The notes under the pieces: model-generated
What the model saw: only the letters and a program-made list of their open reading frames with translations
The model's database searches: none
What the model was told of the DNA's origin: nothing
Assembly: GCA_036785375.1 (NCBI GenBank)
Contig: JAWMAR010000032.1
Location: forward strand, 10,230,001 to 10,294,000
Direction of reading: 5' to 3'
Origin: Leucoraja ocellata
Lineage: Eukaryota
DNA length: 64,000 bases
Shown: piece by piece, positions 1 to 12,273 of the stretch
Layout of the letters: each line of letters starts with the position of its first letter
How positions within the stretch are numbered: position 1 is the first letter of the stretch
Translations under genes and position numbers: made by a program

Positions 1-1619
1 CATCTTAATATTTGAAGACAGATATGACGAATCTTCAGAATGAGCATGAAAATATTTTCTTTGAATTCAGAACAGGCACTTGCATATCAAAGACAGTTTA
101 TAAATAACGTGGCACCCTGGAGCCGCACTAATCTGTGTTATCAGAATGATAGTCATACAGCACAGAAACAGGCTATGCCTCAATTTGTCCATGCCGAACA
201 AGATGCCCCACCTATGCTAATCCCAACAAATAAGGTGATGTTTGTCTGCAAATTCCCTCTGTAGCCCGCACGATTATCTGCAACTACACCACGCTGCCTC
301 AGAAAAGCAGCCAACATAATCAAAGATTTGCCCTGCCCCAGTCACACCTCCTTCTCTCTGCTCCCATCAGCAGAAGGTACAGAAGCTTGACATGGAATGG
401 AATGGAATACTTTATTGCCACATGTGTCAAGGCACAGTGAAATTCTTTGCTTAATTCAGTACCACCAGTCGCAGTAACAGCTTTTGACCCTCTGCTATCT
501 GCTTCTTGCCCTCTGATTTTTGGGTCGAGACCCCTGATGCAGACTGAGAGTCAGGGGAAAGGGAAACGGGGGATATAGATGGTGATATAGAGAGGTATAG
601 AACAAATGAATGTAAGATATGCAAAAAGTAACGATGATCAAAGAAAGGTGGAGCTGATAATGGTTCATTGTTGGCTATGGGTAGGTGATAACAAGTTATA
701 CAGACAGTAGAACTCAACAGGACGACAGTGAAACTAGTGCGATGACTAGTGTGGGGTGGGGACAGAGAGAGAGGGGATGCAAGGGTTACTTGAAGTTAGA
801 GTAATCAATATACATACCACTGGATTGTAAGCTGCCCAAGCAAAATATCAGCTGCTGTTCCTCCAATTTGCATTTGGCCCCACTCTGACTAATGCCAGAA
901 AGGTCAATATGGGAATGAGAAGGGGTATTAAAGTGTTTGGCAACCAGGAGATCACATAGGTCAGGGTGGAATGAGCGTAGGTGTTCAGCGAAACGATCGC
1001 CAGTCTGAGCTTGGTCTCGCAGTAATATACGAGTCCACACCTGGAATAGTGGATACAGTAGATGAGGTTGGAGGAGGTGCAAGTGAACCTCTGCCTAACC
1101 TGAAAGGACTGTTGAATTCCTGGACAGAGTCGAGGGACAAGGTACAGCAATAGGTGTTGCATCTCCTATGGTTGCAGGGGTAGCTTGGGAGGGGGTGGTT
1201 GGGTGGGAAGGGATGTGTTAACCGGGAGTTGCGGAGAGGACGGTCTCTGCAGAAAACGGAAAGGGGTGGAGATGGGAAGATGCAACTAGTGTTGGGATCC
1301 CGTTGGAGGTGGTGAAATTATCGGAGGATTATGTGTCATATGTGACGGCTGATGGGATTAAAGGTGAGGACTAGGGACTCTGTCTCTGTTGCAACCAGGG
1401 GGAGGGGGAATCAAGAGTGGAGCAGCGGGATACCGAGAATACACATGTGTGGGCCTCATTTATGATGGAGGGAAACCCCCGTTCACTAAAGAATGAGTAC
1501 ATCTCCGATGCCCTGTTATGGAACACCTCATCTTGGGCGCAGATGCGGCGTAGACCAAGGAATTGGGAGTAGGGAATAAAGTCTTTGCAGGAAGCATGGT
1601 GGGAAGAAGTATAGCACAG

Positions 1620-1775
1620 CAGAACAGCATCTCTGGAGAACAGGAATAGGTGACGTTTTCAGTCGAGACCCTTATTCAGACAGTCAGGGGAAAGTCTGAA
1701 GCAGTGTCTCGAACGTAAATGTCACCTATTCCTTTTCTCCAGAGATGCTGTTTAACCCGCTAAGTTGCTCCAGCT
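1620..1775. mobile_element. Palindromic pLTR-derived element; further copies or single arms at ~5930, 10220, 12851, 15920-16325, 17760, 18350, 18910, 20900, 23005, 23350, 25935, 26550, 31110, 38490, 41820, 44390, 45985, 47000, 48070, 48250, 51350, 53600, 54905, 60410
   Basis: Recurrent motif CTCCAGAGATGCTGCCTGACCCGCTGAGTTACTCCAGCATTTTGTGTC and its reverse complement. Confidence 0.8.
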
Positions 1776-1964
1776 GAGATAGAGCTTAGAGATGGGGTCA
1801 GTGTATGCCTGGAACGGGGATTGTTCGATGTACCCTATAAAGGGGCAGGCCTAGCCAGGGCCCATGCGAGTGCTTATAGCTATGCCTTTGATTTGGAGGA
1901 AGTGGGAGGAGTCGAAGAAGTTGTTGCGAGTAAGGACCGGCTCCGCTAGGTGGAGGAGAGTGTT

Positions 1965-4900
1965 TCTTCTTCTTCTTCTTCTTAAGCCCTTTGCTCCTCT
2001 ATGGAGCATGGGCCATTGGCAAATGTCCTCCACCGCACTCGGTTATTGGCAGTTCTTTTGAGATCTCCCCAGTTGAGCCCACTCTCAGACATTTCTGTCC
2101 CCAGTTGAGCCCACTCTTCTCCAGCAGTTCCTGGGGCGGCCTCTTTTCCTTTTTCCTTGGGGGTTCCATTTCAGGGCTAGCCGGGTGATGTTTGTGGCAG
2201 GTTTCCTGAGGCTGTGTCCAATCCAACGCCATTTTCTCCTTCAAATTTGTAAGTCAATGGGCTCCTGGCTTGTTCTTTTCCACAGGTCCACATTGCTTAC
2301 TTTGTCTCTCCACCAGATGTTATTCTCCTAAGGCAGCTGTTAATGAATGTTTGCAGCCTGTTTGTAGTGTGTTTTGTTGTTTTCCATGTCTCTGATCCAT
2401 ACAGCATCACCTGTTTCACAATTGAGTTAAAGGTGCATATTTTGGTGTTGATTGAGATTGGTGTTTTGAGCTCCAGATCTTCGTGAGCATGTTAAACACC
2501 ACCCTAGCCTTATTGATTCTACTTTTTACATCTACCCCTGCCCCTCCGGTGATGCCCACAACACTGCCTAGGTATGTGAATGTTTCTACCTCCTCTAGAG
2601 CAGTGTTAAGCATAAGGATAGGGTTGCTGGTTTTGGAGTGGATCCTCATCACCTCTGTCTTTGCTGCATTGGGTGTAAGACCAAGTTTTGTTGCAACGTG
2701 TGATAGTCTGTCCATCTTCTCCTGCATTTGCATCTGTGTGTGTAAGGAGAGCTATGTTGTCTGCAAAGTCAAGATCATCTAGCTGCTCCCACATTGTCCA
2801 CTGAATTCCATTTCTTTTCCCTTCAGTTGTTTCCATCATGTTCCAGTCAATTGCCAGGAGGAACAGGAATGGTGACAATAGACATCCCTGCTTGTTGCCC
2901 GTCCCAACACTAAACCTCTGAGTGAGCTGGCCTGCATGCATAACTTTGCATGAGGTTCCATCATACGAGTTCTTGATTAAGTTTATGATCTTGGTCGCAA
3001 TTCCATAGTGGTCCATTAGGCGCCATAGTGTTGTCCTATCTAAGCTGTCAAACGCTTTCTCAAAGTCGATGAAGTTGATGTACATTGTGTTCCATTCAAT
3101 AGACTGTTCAATGATGATGCATAATGTTGCTATGTGGTCTGTGCATGAGCGATCCTTCCTGAATCCTGCTTGCTGGTCCCTTAGCCTCTTGTCTACAGCT
3201 TCCTGAAGACGGTTGAGGATGACCCGGTTGAGAATTTTACTGGGTACAGAAAGTTTGGTGATCCCTCGGTAGTTGTCACATTTTTTTGGCGGTTTCACGA
3301 TGCATCCCTCTGCCCATTCTGTGGGTGTCTTTTCCTCTTCCCAAATTCTCCCAAAAAAGCCACCGAGCATGTCTGTTGATGAGTCTATATCTACTTTCAG
3401 GGCTTCAGGTGGAATATTGTCAGGGTCAGCAGCCTTGCCAGTTTTCCGTTGCTTGATTGGAGCCTTTACTTCTGATTTTGTTGGTCTGTCACATTTAATT
3501 TGTAGTGGTATCCTGGCTATGGGAATGTGTGTCTGTACAGCCGGTGGTGGCCTGTTTAGGACTTCTTCAAAATGTTCTACCCATCTGTCGAGCTGCGCCT
3601 CCTGGGTTTAAAGCAGTTAACCGTTCTTGTCTGTAATTGGTTTATTACTATGCAAACATGTCCGGGACAATTTTCTTATGATGGTATCTAACTCCCTCAT
3701 GTTCCTTTGAATCGCCGCAATGTCTGCCTCTTTGGCTAGCCTCTCCACCTGCGTTCTCTTGTCCCTCCTGATGTTCTGTCGCACTTCTTTGTGGCATCTG
3801 TTGTACTCCTTTTGGGTTCAAGCCTTTTCAGCTCTTGTTCTTCAGTTGTTCACTTTGTCCTTTAACTTTCTCCTCTGTTGGATTGTGTTGAGGGTTTTTG
3901 GTGTTATCCACTCTTTGTGCTTTTGGGTCCTTCTCCCTAGAGTCTCCTCACAGGTTGAGCTCCAAGCAGCTTTTAGGTGTTTCCACTCCTCATTATTGTC
4001 CATCCTTCCTTCCTCCTCCGCTGTAGCTCTGTGTTTTCCCTTGAGAGGGTATCCTTGAAATTCTTCACCACTTTGGAACTACTGAGATATTCAATGTTGT
4101 ATTTAGCTCTTTGACTTTTGGCCTGGAGCTGTCTCTTCAGCCTCAGCTTGAATTTCCCTACCAGGAGGTGGTGGCTTGAAGCTGCGTCTGCTTCTGACAT
4201 CTTCCATGGACCTTCTGAACTTTTTACTGATACAGATGGGGTCAATTTAATTTTCTGTGACATGATCTGATGACACCCAAGTTGTTTTGTAGATTGTTTT
4301 ATGAGGGAATACACTTCCCCAATCACTAGGTTATTGTTAACACAGGTCTCAGCAAACATCTCGCCATTTTCATTCATTTTCCCCACTCCATGCTTTCCCA
4401 TTACAGCCTCATATCCCTCATTTTGGCCTCCAACCTTAGCGTTGAAGTCACCCATGAGGATAATGAGGTCTCTGACTCCAATACGACCAAGTAGATGGTT
4501 CAAGCTGTCATAGAACCTGCCTTTGACCTCATCCTCTGCATCGTTGGTGGGTGCATAAAATTGGATTATGTGGGCTTTCATTCACTTGTTGTTGGTTTTG
4601 AAGGTTGCGGAGAAGAGGTGAGAGCTGATGGGTTCCCATGCCGTTAGAGCCTTTCTAGCATCCTTCATCATCATGATAGCCATTCCCTCTGTATGCTTCG
4701 CTCCCTCCTCTTCCTGTCCGGAGTGGATAATGGACTGCTCGCTGACCAATTTGATCTCCGCTGACTGTGTCCATCTTGTTTCAGCCAAGCCCTGGACTAA
4801 AGGATTGTAGCGCACCATTTTGTTGGCATAATTGTGGCAGCCTTGCCAGCCTGGAACATGGTTCGGATGTACCATGTCCCCACCAGGATAGATTTCTTTG

Positions 4901-5237
4901 TCGTCAGTAGATATGTCAGCTTCCCAGCACCCTTGCAGGTTTGGCTGGGAAGTGTCATGTTCCCCATCGCTGGGGCACCTTCTTCAACCAAGTGTGTAAT
5001 TTGGTTTTCATTTGTCATTGTTTCTGTAACTCACACTGTTTTCCAGGGTGGGGTAGTTAACCCCACGCCCAACCCCCAACCTGGAGGACCAGGGACTGCT
5101 TCGTCTGCCTCCTCACCTGAGAACCTGTCCGGTTTGGTTGAACCTGCCAGGGATATGAAACCCCATCAGACATAGCTCTCAGGATCACTGGAGTACACAG
5201 GCCTCTCCTCCATGGCAAGGTTGCAGCCAGGAGAGGG
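1965..5237 (-). mobile_element. Full-length degenerate RTE-clade LINE (APE endonuclease + RT)
   Basis: 13-bp TSD GGAGGAGAGTGTT at 1952-1964 and 5238-5250; (GAA)n 3' tail at 1965-1983; APE motifs GLAETRW, YAPTND, MGDFNAKVG; RT motifs NYRGI, QAGFRKDRS, FIDFEKAFDS, KQGCLLSP, DLDFAD; several frameshifts and stops. Confidence 0.95.
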
Positions 5238-7569
5238 GGAGGAGAGTGTTAGCTGAGGGAAATTAGTTGGATCTACGGCTGGTTGAGGAAGAAAAAACAG
5301 AAGGCTTGAAGGCCTTCCTGGTAGGGGATGGAGGTGTAGAGTGACTGTATGTCCCTGGTGAAGATGAGGGAACAATGCACTGGAAAACAGAAGACATTAA
5401 AGAGACGAAGGGCTCGTGAGGTATCTTGGACATAGGTTGGGAGGGATTGGACCTGAAGGCACAGGTTTAAGGTGAGAAGGGAGAGATTTTAAGGAGAAGC
5501 AATATTTTCACACAGAGGGTGGTGGGCTAGGCAACAAGCTGCCAGTAAAGGGAAGTACAATCACAGTGTTTAAGAAGTATTCTGATTCTTTTGCGCCACA
5601 AAAGGTATTCTGACGGGATCCACCTTAACCTGGTATGGTAACTGCTCTGTTATTGAACCCACAGAGAGTGATGAACACAGCCCAGTCCATTATGGAGGAC
5701 AGATAACCAGCTATTTAAAAGGCTCATAAACTGTGTTAGTTGGTAACATTTCACCAAAGATTGCAGCTGAATGTGCCATCGGCTCAGTTGTACAATGGTT
5801 CCCTGTCCTGTGTTACACCCTTAAAATGCTGTTAAACAGCTTGGCACAGGAACAGCTCACTGGCACATCACCTATGGGACTATTTACAGCAGATCTAAGT
5901 GCGTTATGTTATCGTCATCTTCTGAAAGCAGTCCTAAGAAAGGTCCCGATCAGAAACGTCACCTATCATTGTCCTCCAGTGATGCTTCCTGACCTGCTGA
6001 GTTACTCTAGCACTTTGTGTTCAATGCAAGATTTCAACATCTGCAGCTTCTTGTCTTAGAATGTTACAGCATGGAAACATGCCCTTCGACCCAACTTGCC
6101 CATACCAGCCAACATGTCCCATCTACACTAGTCCCACCTGCCTGCATTTGTCCCATATCCCTCCAAACCTGTCCTTTCCATTCACCTGTCTAAATGTTTC
6201 TTAAACGAACCGCATCAACTACCTCCTCCAGCAGCTCGTTCCAGACACCCACCACCATTTGTGTGAAAACGTTACCCCTCAGGTTCCTATTAAATCTTTT
6301 CTGCTTCACCTTAAACGTATGCCCGCTGGATCTCGATATGTGTTGAGATTTTATTATTACGTTAGGTAATAATGAAAGGTGAATATTTACAACCTGGGGA
6401 TCTGTTCTAACAGCATGTAGGAAATGCCTGAATTGAATAGTGGGCTACTGAAGGGGAAGGGCATTCCTAAACCTGATATCTTCAAGATCAAAGGCATTAA
6501 ATGCTGTGAACAGCAAAATCTCAAGTTCAACTGGAGGCTAATTATGGCTGCTAAAGGGAATGTGCCCCTCCGTGTATATCCAAAGCCCAGTGAATGCAAG
6601 GTCAAAACAAATCACAATAACATGGATGGCTCTTTACTGGGTTTCCATTGTATCTCATTCAAAGATGCTTTGTGTTAACTGGCAACGTCATTGGTGTCTG
6701 CTCAGTTGTGATCTGTTTTGACCTGGCTGATGTTTGAGCCAGTTATCCATGTGTAACATGTGAGATGCTTGATAGTTCGCTCTTCTTGCTGTAACATCCT
6801 AAAGACAAATGTCTTCACTAAAACACCACACCCTGGTCGTAATTGGACACGGCAATTCCCTTGAAAACACAAACCACTTTATGTATATCAGGAGCCACAA
6901 CAGAGGAGACATCCATTTAAAAATGCATTTTGCCTTTGATGTGCCGTCATAGGCTTTGGCTGCCTGAGGAAGAAAGTGTTGGAAAGAGGTCGTGTTACTC
7001 ACTTGCAGAGGAACCATGATTTACTGATAAGAGTTATAGGGAGTCATACAGCGCAATGTAAAGCCCTTTCTCTTCGACATTTTAATTAACAAGGTGACGA
7101 CAATTTAGAGCTTGGCTTGTGAATGTGCACGACACATGTATCACCAGAGCACTGCAATTCAATGGCTGCGGTTGGAGTGACCAGTTCTGGAGCAACGTGT
7201 TCACACGTGTTCCTTGATCTCTCTTGCCCCGGTGATGTTCCTCACCTAGTCCAATTCTTCCCTTGAAGTAGAACCTACAGGCTCATTCCAATTCAAGGGA
7301 TAATTGGTGGAATGTGAGGGAGGGTCATTGGGGCGAAATTGGTTCTGTTGTGGGCCAGGTCACAGTTTGTATGACACCGTCTAATATGGAAGCTGGATTT
7401 TTATTGAATGCTAGATGTTTACCATGTTTATAAAGTACCAAGTTTTGTAACATTTATTGATAAATGCATTTATTTTAAATCATACCGCATATGAATAGAA
7501 ATTTTAATCAATTATTCTCAATAATAATTAAGAAATCATTTGTCTGTACAATTTTACAGCTCATTTATT

Positions 7570-7797
7570 CTTTTTCACACAAGGTGGGTGTATGGAACAA
7601 GCTGTCGGAGGAGGTAGTTGAGGCAGGTACTATCGCAACATTTAAGTAACATTTTGACAGGTACATGGATAGAACAGGATGAGAGGGCTATGGAGCAAAT
7701 GCAGGCAGGTGGGACTAGTGTAGATGGGGCATGTTGGTCGGTGTGAGCAAGTTGGACTGAAGGGCCTGTTTCCACGATGTATAATTGTATGACTCTC
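7570..7797 (+). mobile_element. CR1/HER1 3' end fragment; similar copies at ~6060-6340(-), 11740-11970(+), 19245-19745(-), 28675-28830(-), 43415-43710(+), 59075-59280(+)
   Basis: TTTTTCACACA...TGGAAC..GCTG...GAGGTAGTTGAGGCAGGTAC...GAAGGGCCTGTTTCCAC, repeated across the window. Confidence 0.82.
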
Positions 7798-7837
7798 GAT
7801 GACTATTCAATCGTTAAAAAAAAAGATTAAATATATA

Positions 7838-9454
7838 CAGTGGCTTGCAAAAGTATTCATACCCCTTGAACCTTTCCACATTTTGTCACGTTACAACTAC
7901 AAATGTAAATGTATTTTATTGGGATTTTATGTGATAGACCAACACAAAGTGGCGCATAATTGTGAAGTGGAAGGAAAATGATACATGGTTTTCCAATTTT
8001 TTTACAAATAAAAAACTGAAAAGTGTGGCGTGCAAAAGTATTCAGCCCCCTTTACTCTGATACCCCTAAATAAAATCCAGTGCAACCAATTGCCTTCAGA
8101 AGTCACCTAATTAGTAAATAGAGTCCACTTGTGTGTAATCTAATCTCAGTATAAATACAATTGTTCTGTGAAGGCCTCAGAGGTTTGTTAGAGAACATTA
8201 GTGAACAAACAACATCATGAAGCCCAAGGAACACACAAGACAAGTCAGGGATAAAGTTGTGGAGAAGTTTAAAGCAGGGTTAGCTTATAAAAAAATATCC
8301 CAAGCTTTGAACATCTCACGGAGCATTGTTCAATCCATCATCCGAAAATGGAAAGAGTATGGCACAACTGCAAACCTACCAAGACATGGCCGTCCACCTA
8401 AACTGACAGGCCGGGCAAGGAGAGCATTGATCAGAGAAGCAGCCAAGAGGCCCATGGTAACTCTGGAGGAGCTGCAGAGATCCACAGCTCAGGTGGGAGA
8501 ATCTGTCCACAGGACAACTATTAGTCGTGCACTCCACAAATCGGGCCTTTATGGAAGAGTGGCAAGAAGAAAGCCATTGTTGAAAAAAAGCCATAAGAAG
8601 TCCCGTTTGCAGTTTGCCACAAGCCATGTGGGGGACACAGCAAACATGTGGAGGAAGGTGCTCTGGTCAGATGAGACCAAAATTGAAGTTTTTGGCCTAA
8701 ATGCAAATTGCTATGTGTGGCGGAAAACTAACACTGCACATCATCCTGAACACACCATCCCCACTGTGAAACATGATGGTAGCAGCATCATGCTGTGGGG
8801 ATGCTTTTCTTCAGCAGGGACAGGGAAGCTGGTCAGAGTTGATGGGAAGATGGATGGAGCCAAATACAGGGCAATCTTGGAAGAAAACCTGTTAGAGTCT
8901 GCAAAAGACTTGAGACTGGGGTGGAGGTTCACCTTCCAGCAGGACAACAACCCTAAACATACAGCCAGAGCTACAATGGAATGGTTTAGATCACAGCATA
9001 TTCATGTGTTAGAATGGCCCAGTCAAAGTCTAGACCTAAATCCAATTGAGAATCTCTGGCAAGACTTGAAAATTGCTGTTCACAGACGCTCTCCATCCAA
9101 TCTGACTGAGCTTGAGCTATTTTGCAAAGAAGAATGTGCAAACATTTCAGTCTCTAGATGTGCAAAGCTGGTAGAGACATACCCCAAAAGACTTGCAGCT
9201 GTAATTGCAGCGAAAGGTGGTTCTACAAAGTATTGACACAGGGGGGCTGAATAGTTTTGCACGCCGCACTTTTCAGTTTTTTATTTGTAAAAAAATTTGA
9301 AAACCATGTATCATTTTCCTTCCACTTCACAATTATGCACCACTTTGTGTTTGTCTATCACATAAAATCCCAATAAAATACATTTACGTTTGTGGATGTA
9401 ACGTGACAAAATGTGGAAAAGTCAAAGGGGTATGAATACTTTTGCAAGCCGCTG
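7838..9454 (+). mobile_element. Tc1-family IR/DR DNA transposon, Passport-like, full length (1617 bp)
   Basis: TA TSD at 7836-37 and 9455-56; ~214-bp TIRs (7838-8051, ~9241-9454) with outer and inner direct repeats TGCAAAAGTATTCA; single intact transposase ORF. Confidence 0.97.
8217..9236 (+). CDS. Tc1 transposase, 339 aa, DD34E, Passport-like
   Basis: Paired-type HTH with GRPPK linker, ARRKPLL NLS, WSDETK...QQD-(34 aa)-E in NPIENLW, C-terminal KGGSTKY; several substitutions at normally conserved positions. Confidence 0.95.
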   Translation: MKPKEHTRQVRDKVVEKFKAGLAYKKISQALNISRSIVQSIIRKWKEYGTTANLPRHGRPPKLTGRARRALIREAAKRPMVTLEELQRSTAQVGESVHRTTISRALHKSGLYGRVARRKPLLKKSHKKSRLQFATSHVGDTANMWRKVLWSDETKIEVFGLNANCYVWRKTNTAHHPEHTIPTVKHDGSSIMLWGCFSSAGTGKLVRVDGKMDGAKYRAILEENLLESAKDLRLGWRFTFQQDNNPKHTARATMEWFRSQHIHVLEWPSQSLDLNPIENLWQDLKIAVHRRSPSNLTELELFCKEECANISVSRCAKLVETYPKRLAAVIAAKGGSTKY

Positions 9455-9884
9455 TATGTTGTCTTTTAGATTGTAATTTTTCAATACTTCACAGCACAAG
9501 ATGAAAACAGGCTTTGTTTTAGAGGACAATGCTACATGAAATCAATAAAATTTTATGCCACTAAGTGGGTAAACAGAAAATACTCAACAAAAGTAGGAAA
9601 AAAAGCCTTTGATTAGAAAATGTGAAACTATGAAAGAGAGTTTATGTCATCCTGACATTGAAAGCCTCACATCTTGAGATGGAACTTTGCCAAAGATCTT
9701 CTGATGAGATGGGAGGCATCCAGTCAAAACAAGGCTGTAGTGTTCAAGGCCAGTTTGTACAAGAGCTTCTTGTACCATTATTTGGATTTCTCAGTTACGT
9801 TGGCTGAGAATGGTTTAATCTCAAAGTGTCAGGATGAAAGGGTTTCAATGCAGGCCGCATTTCTGTACTAAAGGGACACAAATC

Positions 9885-10205
9885 TCGCAGAGTGCTGCAG
9901 CGGTAGAGTTGCTGCCTTACAGCGTCAGAGACCCGGGGTTCAATCCTAACTACGGGTGCTGTCTGTATGGAGTTTGTACGTTCTTCTTGGGACCGTGTGT
10001 GGTTTCCCCAGGTACCTCTTGGGACCGTGTGAGGTTTTCCCCCAAATTCCAAAGACGTGCAAGTTTGCAGGTTAATTGGATTCTGTAAAATTGTCCCTAG
10101 TTTGTGGTATGGAACTAGTGTATGGGGGATTGTTGGTTGTGTGCACTCAGTGGGCCAAAGGGCCTGCTTCCACACTGTATCTCTAGACTAAATGAAACTA
10201 AACTC
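9885..10205 (+). mobile_element. tRNA-derived V-SINE (HE1-like)
   Basis: A box (GCAGCGGTAGAG), B box (GGTTCAATCC), V-domain GTCTGT..GGAGTTTG.ACGTTCT, CR1-like 3' end and (CTAAA)n tail. Confidence 0.88.
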
Positions 10206-10304
10206 ATTACATAATAACAAGAGAACTACAGATACTGGTATATCTGCCTGACCCACTGAGTAACTCCAACATTTTGTGTCAATCTATGATTATACACCTT
10301 TATA

Positions 10305-11345
10305 TAGGTATGTTACAAAACCTACATGAATCGTGTCTGAGTATCTGCCCCTCCCCGTGTGCGCGATTCTGGCGCTGTTTAGAGGGGGCGGGTTTAAAAC
10401 GCGATTTTTACTAGGCTGTTGCAATCGAAAATGTTCAGCCTAGTAAATCATTAACGGAAAATCGCTGGAAGACCCCGTCGCAAAAGGTATTATTAGTTTT
10501 TATGGCCTTGTATAATAGTTATAGTAGTTTAAAAATCACTCTCTCAACCCGCAACCTCTCTCAGCCCCAGGGTTTTATAAAGCAAACAATTAAAGGTATG
10601 TACCTTATTTTTACATTAAAAGGGGCTTCTTAAGAACCCTGTAATATAAAGTTTTCTATAGCGAATAGTTCATTTTGGGCTCTTTATATCCCGCAGTATT
10701 TTTCTGGGCATTTGAGGGCACAAATCCAGCGCAATGTGAACGTTCTAAACCAGCGCGTTCACAGGAACCCACTAGAAAGCTGATTTAAATTTACTTTAAT
10801 TTACAGCAATTGAACACTAAATTCCTTCCATTTGGCCTATAAATTGATGTAAATGAGATTTAAAAATCAGGTTTTATTGTGAATTATTTGTGAATATTAT
10901 TTGGACACTTAGGCTATTTAAAAATGTTAATCATTTATTAAGAAATTGATAGATGTTTAGATCTAGTAATTGAAGTTTGAAATTAGCTACAATTGGGTAA
11001 CTAACTAATTATATGCTTTAATTTCAGGTCCTCCAAGTAAGATTATTTTATATTTGTTTCAGAATGGTTCAATCTATGATAACTGAAAATTTCATTCAGT
11101 TCTCTTAATTTTTTAAGAAGGTTATGGGCTTTTGACTGTCCTCGATCACAGCTTTTTTGTTATGTCCATAGAAAATCAATAGGGAACAAGATGCTAATTT
11201 CCGAGTATGAAAATGGCCATAACTTTTTTATTACTTGAGATATGAAAGTGAATTAGGTGTCAAATTAAACTTATTGTTATGCTTTATCTGATGGGATAAA
11301 TTGCAGACTTGATTTTTTAAATCTCAAAATTTTGTAACATTGCTA
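10305..11345. mobile_element. Non-autonomous TIR DNA transposon (hAT-like termini, 7-bp TSD)
   Basis: TIRs TAGgtATGTTACAAAA / TTTTGTAACATtgCTA; CTTTATA at 10298-10304 and 11346-11352; no ORF; CpG-rich left subterminal region, AT-rich body. Confidence 0.8.
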
Positions 11346-12273
11346 CTTTATAAGGAGATTGTAATGTTGTTGAAATTTCAAAACACACATACAATCCACC
11401 CCAACATCATCTAGTTCCCCAAATTTCCCATGTCATGCAGTCAGTTACCCTCTCTTAAACATCTGCCTAAATTTTAGAGACATCTGTTGAACGGCATGGA
11501 ACTATAACCTGGGGCCAATTCTTCTGATTCCACCATCTCCCCAAGTTGCTGCCTTATAGTGAGTGAGAAGACAGTCAAGTTATTGCGGCTGGGAGAAATT
11601 CCTCCACAGATTAAAGAGCAAGGTTTGCCTGTCCTGCGACTGGCACGGACACACACCAGCAAGTGAACTCATCTTTTAAATTCACAGGACTGACTACACA
11701 TGCATCATTGGAGCATCCATTCATTCCACTCATCTATGTAACTTTTTCACACAAAGGGTGGTGGATATATGGAATCAGTTGCCAGGGGAGGTAGTTGAGG
11801 CAAGTACTATCACAATGTTTAAGAAACATTTAGACACGGACATGGATTGTATAGGTTTTGAGGGATATGGGCCATACGCAGACAGGTGGAACTAGTGTAG
11901 ATGGGACATGTTGCCCAGCATGGGAAAGTTGGGCCTAAGGACCTGTTTCCACACTGTATGACTCTATCTCAGTAAAGACCAGGCAAGTAAAAATTGGCTG
12001 TATAGTTCTTTAAATCAAGTGGACAAATGATAATATTAATAACCACAGATTACCCTAGCATTTGGGTAGCTTTTTAAATAACGAACAATTAGTGTTCCAT
12101 AGAAAGGCCGCAGGTCAGTGGACGAATCTGGTGTCATTACAAGTTTAGCAATGTGTTGATTTTAATTTTTATTTGTCCTGTTTGGTAAGAAACAAAGTGT
12201 AACCAGTTAGAATCGGTGCACCCTTTATACCAAACACTGAAATGTTTTCATATCTAATCACTTTCGTTCTCAC

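Larger units (their letters stand above)
515..5375 (-). mobile_element. Penelope-like retroelement (RT + GIY-YIG endonuclease + pseudo-LTR), degenerate, split by an RTE LINE and a palindromic element
   Basis: RT pieces DIQSLYTSIP (~5320-5360), TLLHLAEPVLTRNNFFDSSHFLQIKGIAISTRMGP (1851-1964) and YTSSHHASCKDFIPYSQFLGLRRIC (~1540-1615); GIY-YIG part FQVRQRFTCTSSNLIYCI...RFAEHLRS...VAKHFN...EEQQLIFCLG (786-1110); pLTR motif at ~520-550. Confidence 0.88.

Noticed and set aside
6387-7017. Possible next ARHGEF10 exon (GTGAGT donor near 7000)
   Set aside because: No resemblance to the expected ISIYKSS...RLQHFF peptide; the next exon is probably left of the window.
9885-9950. tRNA genes suggested by A/B boxes
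   Set aside because: Each continues into a SINE body and tail and forms no cloverleaf; these are SINE heads.
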